Numbered from the stretch's first letter, positions 18,083-26,976 are shown. The stretch: DNA of 64,000 nt from an uncultured Akkermansia sp. (GCA_947629715.1 CANRET010000003.1:21193-85192), one strand, 5' to 3'. The notes: generated from the sequence alone by a model not told the origin. A program made the numbers and translations.

Positions 18083-18799
18083 TCATTCCGCGTGGGGCAT
18101 GCAGAGGATGCCCGCAGTGGCTCGCGGGGGGTGAGGGAGGTTGCTGACGAGAATCCAGGGGATGTGCTGAATTCCCGATTCAAGCCAGCAGAGAACGACG
18201 GAGCGGAGTTCCTGCCCCTGATTGCCGGAGTGAAGAGGACACAAACCGCAGCTGTCGGGCAACATGAGCTTGGAGTGACCGCAGTCGCGGATTTCCACCG
18301 TGATTGCCCAGATGCCGGGATGGGTAACGTGCAGCTCCAGGGATGAGGTGAAGACATGAGGGGTGTCTCCGGGAGTCCAAAGCCAAAGCAGTTCACGGGT
18401 ATCGCCCGGGGAAATTGGCTCTGCGCCGCGCGAGGGGAGAGGAGCGTCGGCAGGGCGCGGAGTGCGGCGTTTGCGCAGGCGTTTGCGTGCGGTGATCAGA
18501 GTGGAGCCTGCTACCACGAGGAGAGCCACGGCGCCAAACAGGAGCCAGCAAACCGCAGCCGCGTGTGCTAAGTCGTATTTTCCGGCAAGCATGCACACAA
18601 TCATGCCCCCGCAGAATCCTGCCATGACGGTCAGTCCGATGCGAAAACCGAAGACCATGCTTGGGAAAAGCACAAAGAGAAGCGCGTATCGCAGAAACAT
18701 GCGGAGATTGAGGGGCGTATCGCGCAGAAATTCGTCACGTGTCACCCGTACGTAGAGGGCGCGCAGCTCAGATTGACTGCTTGATGCGCTGAGCTTCAT
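18083..18799 (-). CDS. Hypothetical membrane protein
   Basis: Hydrophobic segments in the N-half, then a basic stop-transfer stretch; ATGA overlap with the mutarotase. Confidence 0.65.
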   Translation of the reverse strand: MKLSASSSQSELRALYVRVTRDEFLRDTPLNLRMFLRYALLFVLFPSMVFGFRIGLTVMAGFCGGMIVCMLAGKYDLAHAAAVCWLLFGAVALLVVAGSTLITARKRLRKRRTPRPADAPLPSRGAEPISPGDTRELLWLWTPGDTPHVFTSSLELHVTHPGIWAITVEIRDCGHSKLMLPDSCGLCPLHSGNQGQELRSVVLCWLESGIQHIPWILVSNLPHPPRATAGILCMPHAE

Positions 18800-19650
18800 G
18801 AATGGCTCGCGGGAAGAAGGTTAATGCGCATGGCGAGTTCATGGCTTTGTCCCCGGAGCAGGTTGAGACGCTCGGCAGGCACCGCCGCAGTTTCCACGGC
18901 CAGGAATTGGTCATCGGTGCCGGGTTCGATGTCGGTCATGGTCACGGCGGCTTCGTGTCCCGGGTTCCACACAACACAGGAATGCGAACCTCTGCGGGTG
19001 ATTTGCAGTGTGCGCTCATATCCGGGGTCTTGCAGCCGAAGCACGCTCTCTTCCGGCAGAGGATGATAAATGCGGTCGATGTGACCTGCAGGAATCAGGG
19101 GATTTTCGCTGTGGGGGACGGCATCTTCAGCAAACTCAGTGAAGGGAATGTTCTCCAGACCCGAGAGTTCCACTTGTCGGTAATTGCTTACGGCAAAATA
19201 ACTGTGCAGGGCGGCGGAGAAGGGCATGGGCTCCGGTGTATCCAGCGTTTGCAGTGATGCGCTGAAGAATAGCTCTCCCATTTGCATCGTGTAGCGTGCC
19301 ATCGGGAACCCCGGACGCTGCAGCTCGTAGATCAGACGCACCGAACCGTCCTCGGCCTCATCACTGCACACGAGTTGCCACGGAGAAATCCGCGCGATAC
19401 CGTGGGACGGATTGCTCTGCGCGTCGGCGGGGTGTTTGCCGAACCACGGCCAGCAGACAGGTATGCCTCCGCGAAGCGCCTTCCCGGGAGCGTACACCGC
19501 CGTGCCGCTCATGTAGAATACCGGCTTTTGACCGCGCGGCGTCCATCCCAGCACGTGCGCGCCGTAGCTGCAAACTTCCAGCGTGCCCAATTCGGTTTCG
19601 GCTCTCAGAATCGGGAAGAGATCGCCATGGGAATAGTCGGTCGTTATCAT
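18796..19650 (-). CDS. D-hexose-6-phosphate mutarotase (aldose 1-epimerase family, YeaD-like)
   Basis: GAHVLGW, ALRGGIPVCWPWFG, HGIAR, ALHSYF, IDRIY, VVWNPG, FLAVE; start placed at 19650 from the promoter position. Confidence 0.9.
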   Translation of the reverse strand: MITTDYSHGDLFPILRAETELGTLEVCSYGAHVLGWTPRGQKPVFYMSGTAVYAPGKALRGGIPVCWPWFGKHPADAQSNPSHGIARISPWQLVCSDEAEDGSVRLIYELQRPGFPMARYTMQMGELFFSASLQTLDTPEPMPFSAALHSYFAVSNYRQVELSGLENIPFTEFAEDAVPHSENPLIPAGHIDRIYHPLPEESVLRLQDPGYERTLQITRRGSHSCVVWNPGHEAAVTMTDIEPGTDDQFLAVETAAVPAERLNLLRGQSHELAMRINLLPASHS

Positions 19651-19656
19651 GAGGGC

Positions 19657-19685
19657 ATTGTAGCATTCCGAGTATCGTCTGACAA
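19657..19685 (-). promoter_or_regulatory. Leaderless-type sigma70 promoter of the mutarotase
   Basis: TTGTCA-N17-TACAAT, 6 nt before ATG. Confidence 0.65.
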
Positions 19686-19715
19686 GTCCCATGGCCGACG
19701 AAATACGTTGGCCTT

Positions 19716-19895
19716 TTGTTTGGCCGGGGCATTTGTCTTTCAAAAGAAAAGAATTCCCCTGTCCGGTACGTCATCTATTGGCTGCCCGCTCCGTCTTATG
19801 CAGCTTAAAACAATACGAACCGGAATGACTGTGATAGTAGTCATTTTTACCGGATCGGTTCAGGTGGCGAATGCGCTCGGATGGCGTAAACGCAC
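19716..19895 (+). ncRNA. ssrS: Probable 6S RNA (ends approximate)
   Basis: ~175 nt intergenic rod-like fold: 14-bp closing stem 19724-19737/19866-19880, A-rich central bubble, inner stems TCCGGTA/TACCGGA, TATTG/CAATA and GCTGC/GCAGC with a TTAAAA bulge. CCCCTG...CTTAAAAC...GAACC...GGTTCAGG occur in the same order as in E. coli 6S (recalled sequence). Candidate -10 TACGTT at 19704-19709. Confidence 0.58.
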
Positions 19896-19927
19896 CGCCA
19901 CTGCATCGTCGTCGTGGCGTTGTATTT

Positions 19928-21874
19928 TCAGGCTCGCGATGACTTGCTTCTCCTTTCGCAATCCTGCAACAGGCTCTTCCAGAGCGAATCGATGCCGGCG
20001 GCAACGCTCTCCTTGGCTGAGTCTTGATCTGTGCCGGGTAAACCGTGTGCGAAGAGATAAAACTTGATTTTCGGTTCCGTGCCGCTGGGACGCACTGCAA
20101 AGCTGCGACCGTCCGCCAAGTCCAGGATGAGCAGATTCTCGGCCGGCACAGGGTCTCCCTCGGCATCTTTCATGATGCCGAGGGAAAAGTCTCGCACATT
20201 CACCACCGGCGAGCCATCCATTTCAGTAGGGGGCGCGGAGATGAAGCTCTCGGTAAGCGCGGCGATCTTCGCAGCTCCGTCGGCGCCTTCCATGACGAGG
20301 CTCTTCCCAACTTCCAGATGGTAGCCGAATTGAGCGTACAGAGAGTTGAGGAGCTCGAGCAGACCGATGCTGCGCGATGACAGGTAGGCGTTCAACTCCG
20401 CAAGGCAGAGGGCCGCAGCATTGGCGTCCTTGTCGCGTACGAAATCCTGAGCCAGATAGCCGTAGCTTTCCTCGCCGCCGAAAACGAAGTACTTGCTGTG
20501 CTGCAGACGGAGCGAGCGAGAAGTCGCTTCATCCAAATTGCGGTAGTCGGCGCGGAGATGTTCCGGGATGCGATGCTCGTACTTCCCGAGCTTGGCGGCT
20601 ATGTACTTGAAGCCCGTGAGGACATTGACCGTGGCGATGCCGAAACTCGCTGCGATGGCATCCTGCAGAGGGCTCGTCACATACGTCTTCACCATCACGG
20701 CGTGCGCTTCATTTTCAGGTGTCACAATGCCCAGTTCGCGCATGCTCATGCAGCGGTACCACGCCAGCAAGCAGCCCGTCTGATTCCCGGTGAGCAATTG
20801 CATTTTCCCAGTCGCCTTGTCACGAACTGCGATGCCCATGCGATCGCTGTCCGGATCCGTGGCAATCACCAGATCCGCCTGCTCGGCGTCAGCTTGGGCA
20901 ATCGCCATATCCAGCGCAGGCGCGTTTTCGGGGTTGGGACTCTGAACTGTCGGGAAACGTCCGTCCTGCACATCCTGTGCGGCTACCGTACTCACCCGAC
21001 AACCGATTTCACGCAACAACGGCACAATGCAACGCTTGCCCGTGCCGTGCAGATTGGTGTAAACAACCTTTGCAGAACTCCTCTGAAAGACCTCCGGTCG
21101 CAAAATGATGCTCTTGAGCTTTGCCATGAAGCGTGCGTCCATATCGCTGCCCAGCTCGAACAGTTTCCCGCGTTCGCTTTCCGGCAAGGGTTCGTACGTA
21201 TCGCTCTCCAGTGCATTGACCTCGGCAATCACTCCTTCATCGTGCGGTGGCACGAGTTGGGCGCCGTCGTTGAAATAAGCCTTAAACCCATTGTCGTGGG
21301 CAGGATTGTGGGAGGCGGTAATGACCACGCCCGTGTCGGCGTTGAGTTCGCGGATGGCGAAGGAAACCTCCGGCGTGGAGCAGGGACCGTCAAAGAGCGC
21401 GCAATCACAGCCCAAATCCGTGGCGATTTTTGCACACTGCTCTGCAAAGGAGCGAGAGAAATGGCGAGTATCATGTCCCACCACAATGAGCGGTTTCCTC
21501 TCGCCGACGAACTTGCGCACGTACGTGATAAGACCTCGCATCGCGCGCCCCACGTTAAAAAAGTTCATGCAAGCCGTGCCGATGCAGGGGAACTCCGGAC
21601 GTCCGTTTTCGCCGCCTTTCCCTTGTTCTGCTCGGGTGACCGCAGCACCGATGGTGCGACCTCGAAGTCCGCCGGTCCCGAATGCAAGCGACTTGAAAAA
21701 TCTGTTGTTGAGTTCCGCCCAATTATTGGCATCGATGAGCTCGCCCACGGCTGCGGGAGCAACAGGATCCTTCGTCCCTTTCAGCAGGTGTTTTATATTC
21801 CGCAGTGATGATTCCTGAAGGCATCCGTTTGCCACTGCTTGCTCCATGACTTTGATTTCTTGTTCACTCAACAT
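19928..21874 (-). CDS. pgm: Phosphoglucomutase/phosphomannomutase
   Basis: FGTGGLRG, ITASHNP (phosphoserine), DPDSDR, GFKYI, GGEESYG, RPSGTEPKIKFY. Confidence 0.93.
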   Translation of the reverse strand: MLSEQEIKVMEQAVANGCLQESSLRNIKHLLKGTKDPVAPAAVGELIDANNWAELNNRFFKSLAFGTGGLRGRTIGAAVTRAEQGKGGENGRPEFPCIGTACMNFFNVGRAMRGLITYVRKFVGERKPLIVVGHDTRHFSRSFAEQCAKIATDLGCDCALFDGPCSTPEVSFAIRELNADTGVVITASHNPAHDNGFKAYFNDGAQLVPPHDEGVIAEVNALESDTYEPLPESERGKLFELGSDMDARFMAKLKSIILRPEVFQRSSAKVVYTNLHGTGKRCIVPLLREIGCRVSTVAAQDVQDGRFPTVQSPNPENAPALDMAIAQADAEQADLVIATDPDSDRMGIAVRDKATGKMQLLTGNQTGCLLAWYRCMSMRELGIVTPENEAHAVMVKTYVTSPLQDAIAASFGIATVNVLTGFKYIAAKLGKYEHRIPEHLRADYRNLDEATSRSLRLQHSKYFVFGGEESYGYLAQDFVRDKDANAAALCLAELNAYLSSRSIGLLELLNSLYAQFGYHLEVGKSLVMEGADGAAKIAALTESFISAPPTEMDGSPVVNVRDFSLGIMKDAEGDPVPAENLLILDLADGRSFAVRPSGTEPKIKFYLFAHGLPGTDQDSAKESVAAGIDSLWKSLLQDCERRSKSSRA

Positions 21875-21884
21875 GACGCCACGC

Positions 21885-21913
21885 ATTGTAGCACTTTTCC
21901 CCTCTCTTAGCAA
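21885..21913 (-). promoter_or_regulatory. Sigma70 promoter of pgm (near-leaderless)
   Basis: TTGCTA-N17-TACAAT with extended TG, 10 nt before ATG 21874. Confidence 0.6.
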
Positions 21914-22046
21914 GCGAGACAGCATGGATGCATTCCCCATGTATGCGTTGCTCGCGATTGACGACATGCGTTCGGAAGCCAAGTCAAGCCCAACCTGAGC
22001 AGTGTCCCTTTCTTTCTCTCGTCGCTTTTGTTATCCCCGGGGTGTG

Positions 22047-22215
22047 CGTATTTGGAATACGTATGTCAAGCCCATATTTGATAATTTTTCTTTTTCTTTC
22101 CAATGACTTATCGGAAGCAGGGATCGCATTACGCACAAAAAATTCCCTTGAAACGGTTTCATATATTCATCATTATCAATATCTTAGATATGCTCAGGTA
22201 CGTATTCCAAATACG
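22047..22215. promoter_or_regulatory. Candidate invertible promoter (inverton): 17-bp perfect inverted repeats flanking 135 bp
   Basis: CGTATTTGGAATACGTA (22047-22063) is the exact reverse complement of TACGTATTCCAAATACG (22199-22215). The interior is AT-rich with promoter elements and lies upstream of an autotransporter. Confidence 0.7.
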
Positions 22216-22292
22216 TACCCTTTCCGCAGAGCAGTGGTGACGAAGATTTCGATTCGCCGTTGCTTTCTCACAAACTAATTTCACCACATACT

Positions 22293-25200
22293 ATGAAACT
22301 ACATTTACCGATTGCGTTGTTCACGGCTCTTATGGCGGTGATGACTGCGTTACCTTCTTTCGCCGATGTCACTGTGAAGAAGGGAGAAGAATCCGTGGAA
22401 CTGACAGAATACGAGGAATCCGAAAGAGGCGCCAAGGGGTATTCTTATGATTTCGGAACGGTGACGGACGGTGTCACCATCACCATCACCGGGGAGGGGG
22501 AATACAGCGAATTCAAGCTGGGGGAAGGGACAACTCAACTCGGGGGCAATACGGTTATCGATGTCACGGGGAAATGCTACTGGGAAGGGAAGGGGAGCTC
22601 CTATGCTGTTCTTGCCTATAACGGTGGCAGCGCCACCATCGATGTGCATGACGGAGGCCTGTTTGTCAACAACGGATATATAGCTTGGCACAATGATGGC
22701 AAGTCCCAAACTACAGCGACCATCAACATCTATGATGGGGGGAGACTTCAAGATGGCAAAAACGGATCTTATGCCCACAACAAGGGCGATCAGGTGACGA
22801 TCAATGTGAAGGAAGGGGGGACTCTGAGCAGTAGCTGTACCTATGCCAACAACGGAGAAGTTACAATTAATGTCGAGGGCGGTAGTGTTGAGACAGGCCG
22901 TAGTGACACTAGATATGCCTATAGTTCCGATGGGCATATTATCGTCAACGTGAGCGGTGTGGGTGAGACTGAAGGAGTTGTTGATTTTCGTGATATAGGA
23001 AGTATGGCGTGCAATGGAAAGGCGACGATAGCCGTAAACGATGGCGGTGTTCTCAAGATAGGGGAAGCCACCATGGGGCGTAATTCCGGGAGTTATGTTT
23101 CCCTCACGGTAAACAAGGGAGGAAGAGTAGAAATAAGTCATGAGTCTCCGCGCAATGGATGTCGATTTACGTACGAGACGGGTTCAACTGCTGACATAAT
23201 CATCAATGGGGGCGAATTTATTGGACAAAATGTAAACTACGGCGATGCTGGTCATAAGACCAGAGCAGGTTCTTCGCACATTATCGTCAAAAATGGAGGA
23301 TTCTATCGTGAGGCGGGAGATGATGCCAGTTTCGTCAATGTAACCATCGATGTGCAAGGCAGTGACAGTGTCTTTGAGTTGCATGATTCAGGTTACAGCA
23401 ATAGCGCCTATGCAAATTTTACAAATTGCGAGATCAATGTCGATGGCGGTACGTTCAAGTTCACGAGTGAGGACGCGGATGAGCATCCGAGGGCAGAAAT
23501 TAAGGATTCAAATCGGTTTGTGCTGAGCAATGGAGGAACCATCGAGATTGGTCAAGCGTTTGTTGATGCTTCCTATAGCTACGATTGGATGATTAACCCG
23601 AATCTGACGATCAAGGGCGGGAACTTGGTCAATGCACAAAAAATGTCAGGGGATTGCACGATCAACATCGACAGTGGTTACACCGGCGTCAATAGTCTCG
23701 GAGGACTGCTTCCTGAGCATATCACAGAATTCAAGGTGAACGGTGCGAACACGTGGTTTGATGAGATTGGCGATGGCACGATCACCCTGCAGGGAGGCGA
23801 CAGCATCACGCTGGGAGCGTCGAGTGTGTGGGTAAAAGGATCTGAAGAAGGAGCAGATTCGAGGCACGCTGCTTTTCAATTCGTGACTCCCGGCAAAGGA
23901 AAGGTGAATGTTGACGGTCAATTTGTGCTTAATCTTGATGGAAGAGCAATATCCTTCACAGAAGACGGCGAATTCACGATCGAGGTCTTCCTCACGAACG
24001 GCAATTTAGCGGGACAGGGAGAGGACTGGGCGAAGGAGCATTTTGCGGTCGGAACAGGTTGGGGACTGACCGTGAGTAGATATAATGCAGAGAAGGGTAC
24101 ACTTACTTTGACCGGCCAGTTCAATGTGTGGGATGCTGTGCAGGATGGTGATTCCGATCATACTGGTCATGCATCTGCCAATGCCAGTGATCTTGTCCAT
24201 TACGACAAAGTAATCATCGATGAGGAAACCGCGCTCACAGCTGATGGGAATGCAACCCTCAAGCAGCTTCAGGGGGACGGGGAGGATTCTGAACTCACCA
24301 TTACCAATAACACTCCCGAGAGTCCAAAGGAGCTCACTCTGCACAACGAGGACACAGCTTCGGTGAATGGCTCCGGAGATACGCGCTTTGCCGGTGACAT
24401 CACGGTCAATGAGGGAGTGGATCTGAAGAAAACGGGCGATGCGGAATTTGCGATAGAAGGCGACCTGAGCACCAGAGGTGGCGTCACCGTGGATGAAGGG
24501 ACGCTCGCATTCGGGAAGAAGAGCAAGAGCTCTATCGATGGCGGGCTTTCCATTAGCGATGGCGCTGAGCTGCAGGTGGATGGAAGCCTCACGCTCAAGG
24601 GTGAAAGTGATCTTTCCGAAAGCGAAGGACAGCTCTCCGGGGAAGGCGATATCACCGTAGGCAATGGCGGCAGCCTGACGCTGGGAGGAAATACCCTTGC
24701 AGGTGATCATGACCTGAGCTTCGATGTCGAGAAAGGAGGCACGCTCAGTTTCAAGGGAGAAAACTCCAACTTCTCCGGCAACATCACGGGCGAGGGTACG
24801 GTCTCCACGGAGGGAACGATCAAACTCACGGAAGATGGTTCGCTCACAGGAGACGACAGCTCGGGCAAGTTCCTGGCAAGTGGTTCGGAACGCACCTTCG
24901 GGGGGGACAATGGAGAAGCTGACATCGGTGCGACGGATGGCGCTAAGGTCACTCTCCAAGCCGGTTCGACTTTCAAGTCTCTGGATGCCGAGGTGGGCGG
25001 TGACAAGGGCGGCAACACCTACACCTTTACCGGCAAAGATGCTGAGGGGAGCACGACCAGACATTTCTCCGGCGACATCGTGCTGCGCAGCGGCAACGAG
25101 TACGACATGGAGCTGGATCTGAGCAACCCGGCGCTTTGGGAGGGGAGTGGCCAGCATAAGGAAACTCTCATACTGGATACCCAGAGGAACATCATTATCG

Positions 25201-26723
25201 AAGATGGAGCCACCATCGTCTTGAACAGCATCGATAATTTGGTTGCGAAGCAAGGAGATCTTACGGGAGTTGTGCTGATGCAGGGCAAAGGCATTTTCCA
25301 TGAGAGCTATTTACGGTACAAAGGCGAAGGGGATGAGCATGAGAAAACCTTGGGGCCCGTGAATGGAGTCAACGTCAAGTTGGGAGGCATCTTGGATCTG
25401 CTCTACGAAAGAGCCGAGTTGCAGATTGTAGAAGCAGACGGTGGAGCGAGTGCGGCGAACGAACTCATCGCACTCGCTGAAGTTGAGCCCAGGGATGGTG
25501 CGACCTACGATACCATCGTCAATTTCTATCACCGCACACAGAGCAAGTTTGCTCCATACGCAACAAGCGCCAACTCCATTGCCGGTTCCAACCTGCTGTG
25601 GTTTGAGGCCGACCAGAAGGGCGTCACTATGGACGAAAGTGTGCTAGCCGTGATGAGCAGTTTGCAGCAGATGGCGGATGCAGGCGACGCGGCAGGCGTG
25701 CGCAAGGCGCTCGCGGCCGTGGCGGGCAGCACGCTGACCTCGCTCTCCGCCGCTCAGAGCGCGGCCCTGCGCAACCAGGAGAGCCGTGTGCGCGACCACG
25801 CTCTGCAGGCCGCACGTTTGCGCTGCCAGGGCAACGACGAGACAACGCAGCAGCAGCGTCCCTGCAAGACCACCCACGTTTGGGTGGAAGGCACGAGCTT
25901 CTTCTCTGAGCAGCACAGCCGTGGCGACGAGAGCGGCTATCGCCTCAACAGCTGGGGAGGGGCCGTGGGTCTCGATGCGCAGGTGGACGCGCACTGGAGC
26001 GTTGGACTGAGCCTAGCCGCCAACTACGGCGATCTCGAAGCGCGCGCCGCCGACTACGCCAAGGGCGACCTGGACAGCTTCTACGTGAGCGCATGGAGTC
26101 AGGCGAAGAACGCTCGTTGGGGCAACACGCTGCTCTTCACCCTGGGCACGAATGAGGCCAATCTCAGGCGCACGGTAAACTATGGAAGCGGCAGCTACAC
26201 GGCCACGAGCAGCACGAGCGGCAGCAGTCTGGGAGCGATGTGGGAACTCACCTACGACTTCTATCCGGTGAAGGAGAACAGGAGCAACGTCATCCAGCCG
26301 CTCTTCAACGTGATCGTGCAGCACACGAGCATGGACGGCTTCAGTGAGAAGAATGCGGGAGGCGTGGGTCTTACCACGGAGAAGCAGACGCGCGACACGA
26401 TGACGCTGGCGCTGGGCTTGCGTTGGCTGGCGGCGATTGAGAGCGGCAAGGCAGCCAATCGCACGGTGACGACCGAGCTGCACGCGAATGTGGCGCAGGA
26501 CATGGGCGACCGCCGGAGTGAGGCGAACGTGGCGCTGCTGGCCAACCCGAACTACACGCAGAGCGTGTACGGGGCGCGCGCAGGCAGCACGGCGTTCCAG
26601 TTCGGAGCGGGAGTGAACGTGCCGGTGACGGCGAACTCGCAGCTTTATGTGAACGCGGGCGGCGAACTGCGCAGCCACGCGAACGCATGGAACGCCGCAC
26701 TGGGCGTTCGGATGGGCTTCTGA
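22293..26723 (+). CDS. Type Va autotransporter (beta-helical passenger plus beta-barrel)
   Basis: MKLHLPIALF signal peptide; repeated xxIxVxxGG rungs; one PATR-like repeat (LKKTGDAEF...VDEGTL); C-terminal barrel ending GVRMGF. Confidence 0.93.
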   Translation: MKLHLPIALFTALMAVMTALPSFADVTVKKGEESVELTEYEESERGAKGYSYDFGTVTDGVTITITGEGEYSEFKLGEGTTQLGGNTVIDVTGKCYWEGKGSSYAVLAYNGGSATIDVHDGGLFVNNGYIAWHNDGKSQTTATINIYDGGRLQDGKNGSYAHNKGDQVTINVKEGGTLSSSCTYANNGEVTINVEGGSVETGRSDTRYAYSSDGHIIVNVSGVGETEGVVDFRDIGSMACNGKATIAVNDGGVLKIGEATMGRNSGSYVSLTVNKGGRVEISHESPRNGCRFTYETGSTADIIINGGEFIGQNVNYGDAGHKTRAGSSHIIVKNGGFYREAGDDASFVNVTIDVQGSDSVFELHDSGYSNSAYANFTNCEINVDGGTFKFTSEDADEHPRAEIKDSNRFVLSNGGTIEIGQAFVDASYSYDWMINPNLTIKGGNLVNAQKMSGDCTINIDSGYTGVNSLGGLLPEHITEFKVNGANTWFDEIGDGTITLQGGDSITLGASSVWVKGSEEGADSRHAAFQFVTPGKGKVNVDGQFVLNLDGRAISFTEDGEFTIEVFLTNGNLAGQGEDWAKEHFAVGTGWGLTVSRYNAEKGTLTLTGQFNVWDAVQDGDSDHTGHASANASDLVHYDKVIIDEETALTADGNATLKQLQGDGEDSELTITNNTPESPKELTLHNEDTASVNGSGDTRFAGDITVNEGVDLKKTGDAEFAIEGDLSTRGGVTVDEGTLAFGKKSKSSIDGGLSISDGAELQVDGSLTLKGESDLSESEGQLSGEGDITVGNGGSLTLGGNTLAGDHDLSFDVEKGGTLSFKGENSNFSGNITGEGTVSTEGTIKLTEDGSLTGDDSSGKFLASGSERTFGGDNGEADIGATDGAKVTLQAGSTFKSLDAEVGGDKGGNTYTFTGKDAEGSTTRHFSGDIVLRSGNEYDMELDLSNPALWEGSGQHKETLILDTQRNIIIEDGATIVLNSIDNLVAKQGDLTGVVLMQGKGIFHESYLRYKGEGDEHEKTLGPVNGVNVKLGGILDLLYERAELQIVEADGGASAANELIALAEVEPRDGATYDTIVNFYHRTQSKFAPYATSANSIAGSNLLWFEADQKGVTMDESVLAVMSSLQQMADAGDAAGVRKALAAVAGSTLTSLSAAQSAALRNQESRVRDHALQAARLRCQGNDETTQQQRPCKTTHVWVEGTSFFSEQHSRGDESGYRLNSWGGAVGLDAQVDAHWSVGLSLAANYGDLEARAADYAKGDLDSFYVSAWSQAKNARWGNTLLFTLGTNEANLRRTVNYGSGSYTATSSTSGSSLGAMWELTYDFYPVKENRSNVIQPLFNVIVQHTSMDGFSEKNAGGVGLTTEKQTRDTMTLALGLRWLAAIESGKAANRTVTTELHANVAQDMGDRRSEANVALLANPNYTQSVYGARAGSTAFQFGAGVNVPVTANSQLYVNAGGELRSHANAWNAALGVRMGF

Positions 26724-26775
26724 GGAGAATCAACGCGTTCTTCTCAAAAGGAACAAAACAACAGGTAAATGAAGT

Positions 26776-26806
26776 GCCGTCCATTGCCGTATTGGCAGTG
26801 GGCGGC
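26776..26806 (+). terminator. 13-bp GC-rich hairpin after the autotransporter
   Basis: GCCGTCCATTGCC-gtatt-GGCAGTGGGCGGC; no strong U-tract. Confidence 0.5.
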
Positions 26807-26858
26807 AAATCAAGGGCGCATTTGAAATGCAATTGCTTTGCATTCGTTCACTCAGCGC

Positions 26859-26887
26859 TTGACAGCTCCACGCGTCTGTGGCAAAAT
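26859..26887 (+). promoter_or_regulatory. Promoter of tRNA-Arg
   Basis: TTGACA-N17-CAAAAT with extended TG. Confidence 0.6.
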
Positions 26888-26900
26888 GCGCCCGCTCCTC

Positions 26901-26972
26901 GGCCCCGTCGTTCAATGGATAGGACGAAGGTTTCCGGTACCTTAGATGAGGGTTCGATTCCCCCCGGGGCTA
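26901..26972 (+). tRNA. tRNA-Arg(CCG), CCA not encoded
   Basis: Cloverleaf: GGCCCCG/CGGGGCT acceptor, GTTC/GGAC D-stem, AAGGT-TTCCGGT-ACCTT anticodon arm, TTCGATT T-loop. Confidence 0.93.
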
Positions 26973-26976
26973 GTGC

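Noticed and set aside
19716-19915. SRP RNA, tmRNA, RNase P or a known riboswitch as the identity of the structured element
   Set aside because: It lacks the SRP UCAGG-GNRA-AGCAG loop, tRNA-like ends, the GAGGAAAGUCC motif, and the TPP/purine/SAM/FMN/cobalamin consensus segments.
26901-26972. tRNA-Arg as a pseudogene because of an A-C mismatch in the T-stem
   Set aside because: All other arms pair, and it has its own promoter and terminator; single mismatches are tolerated.
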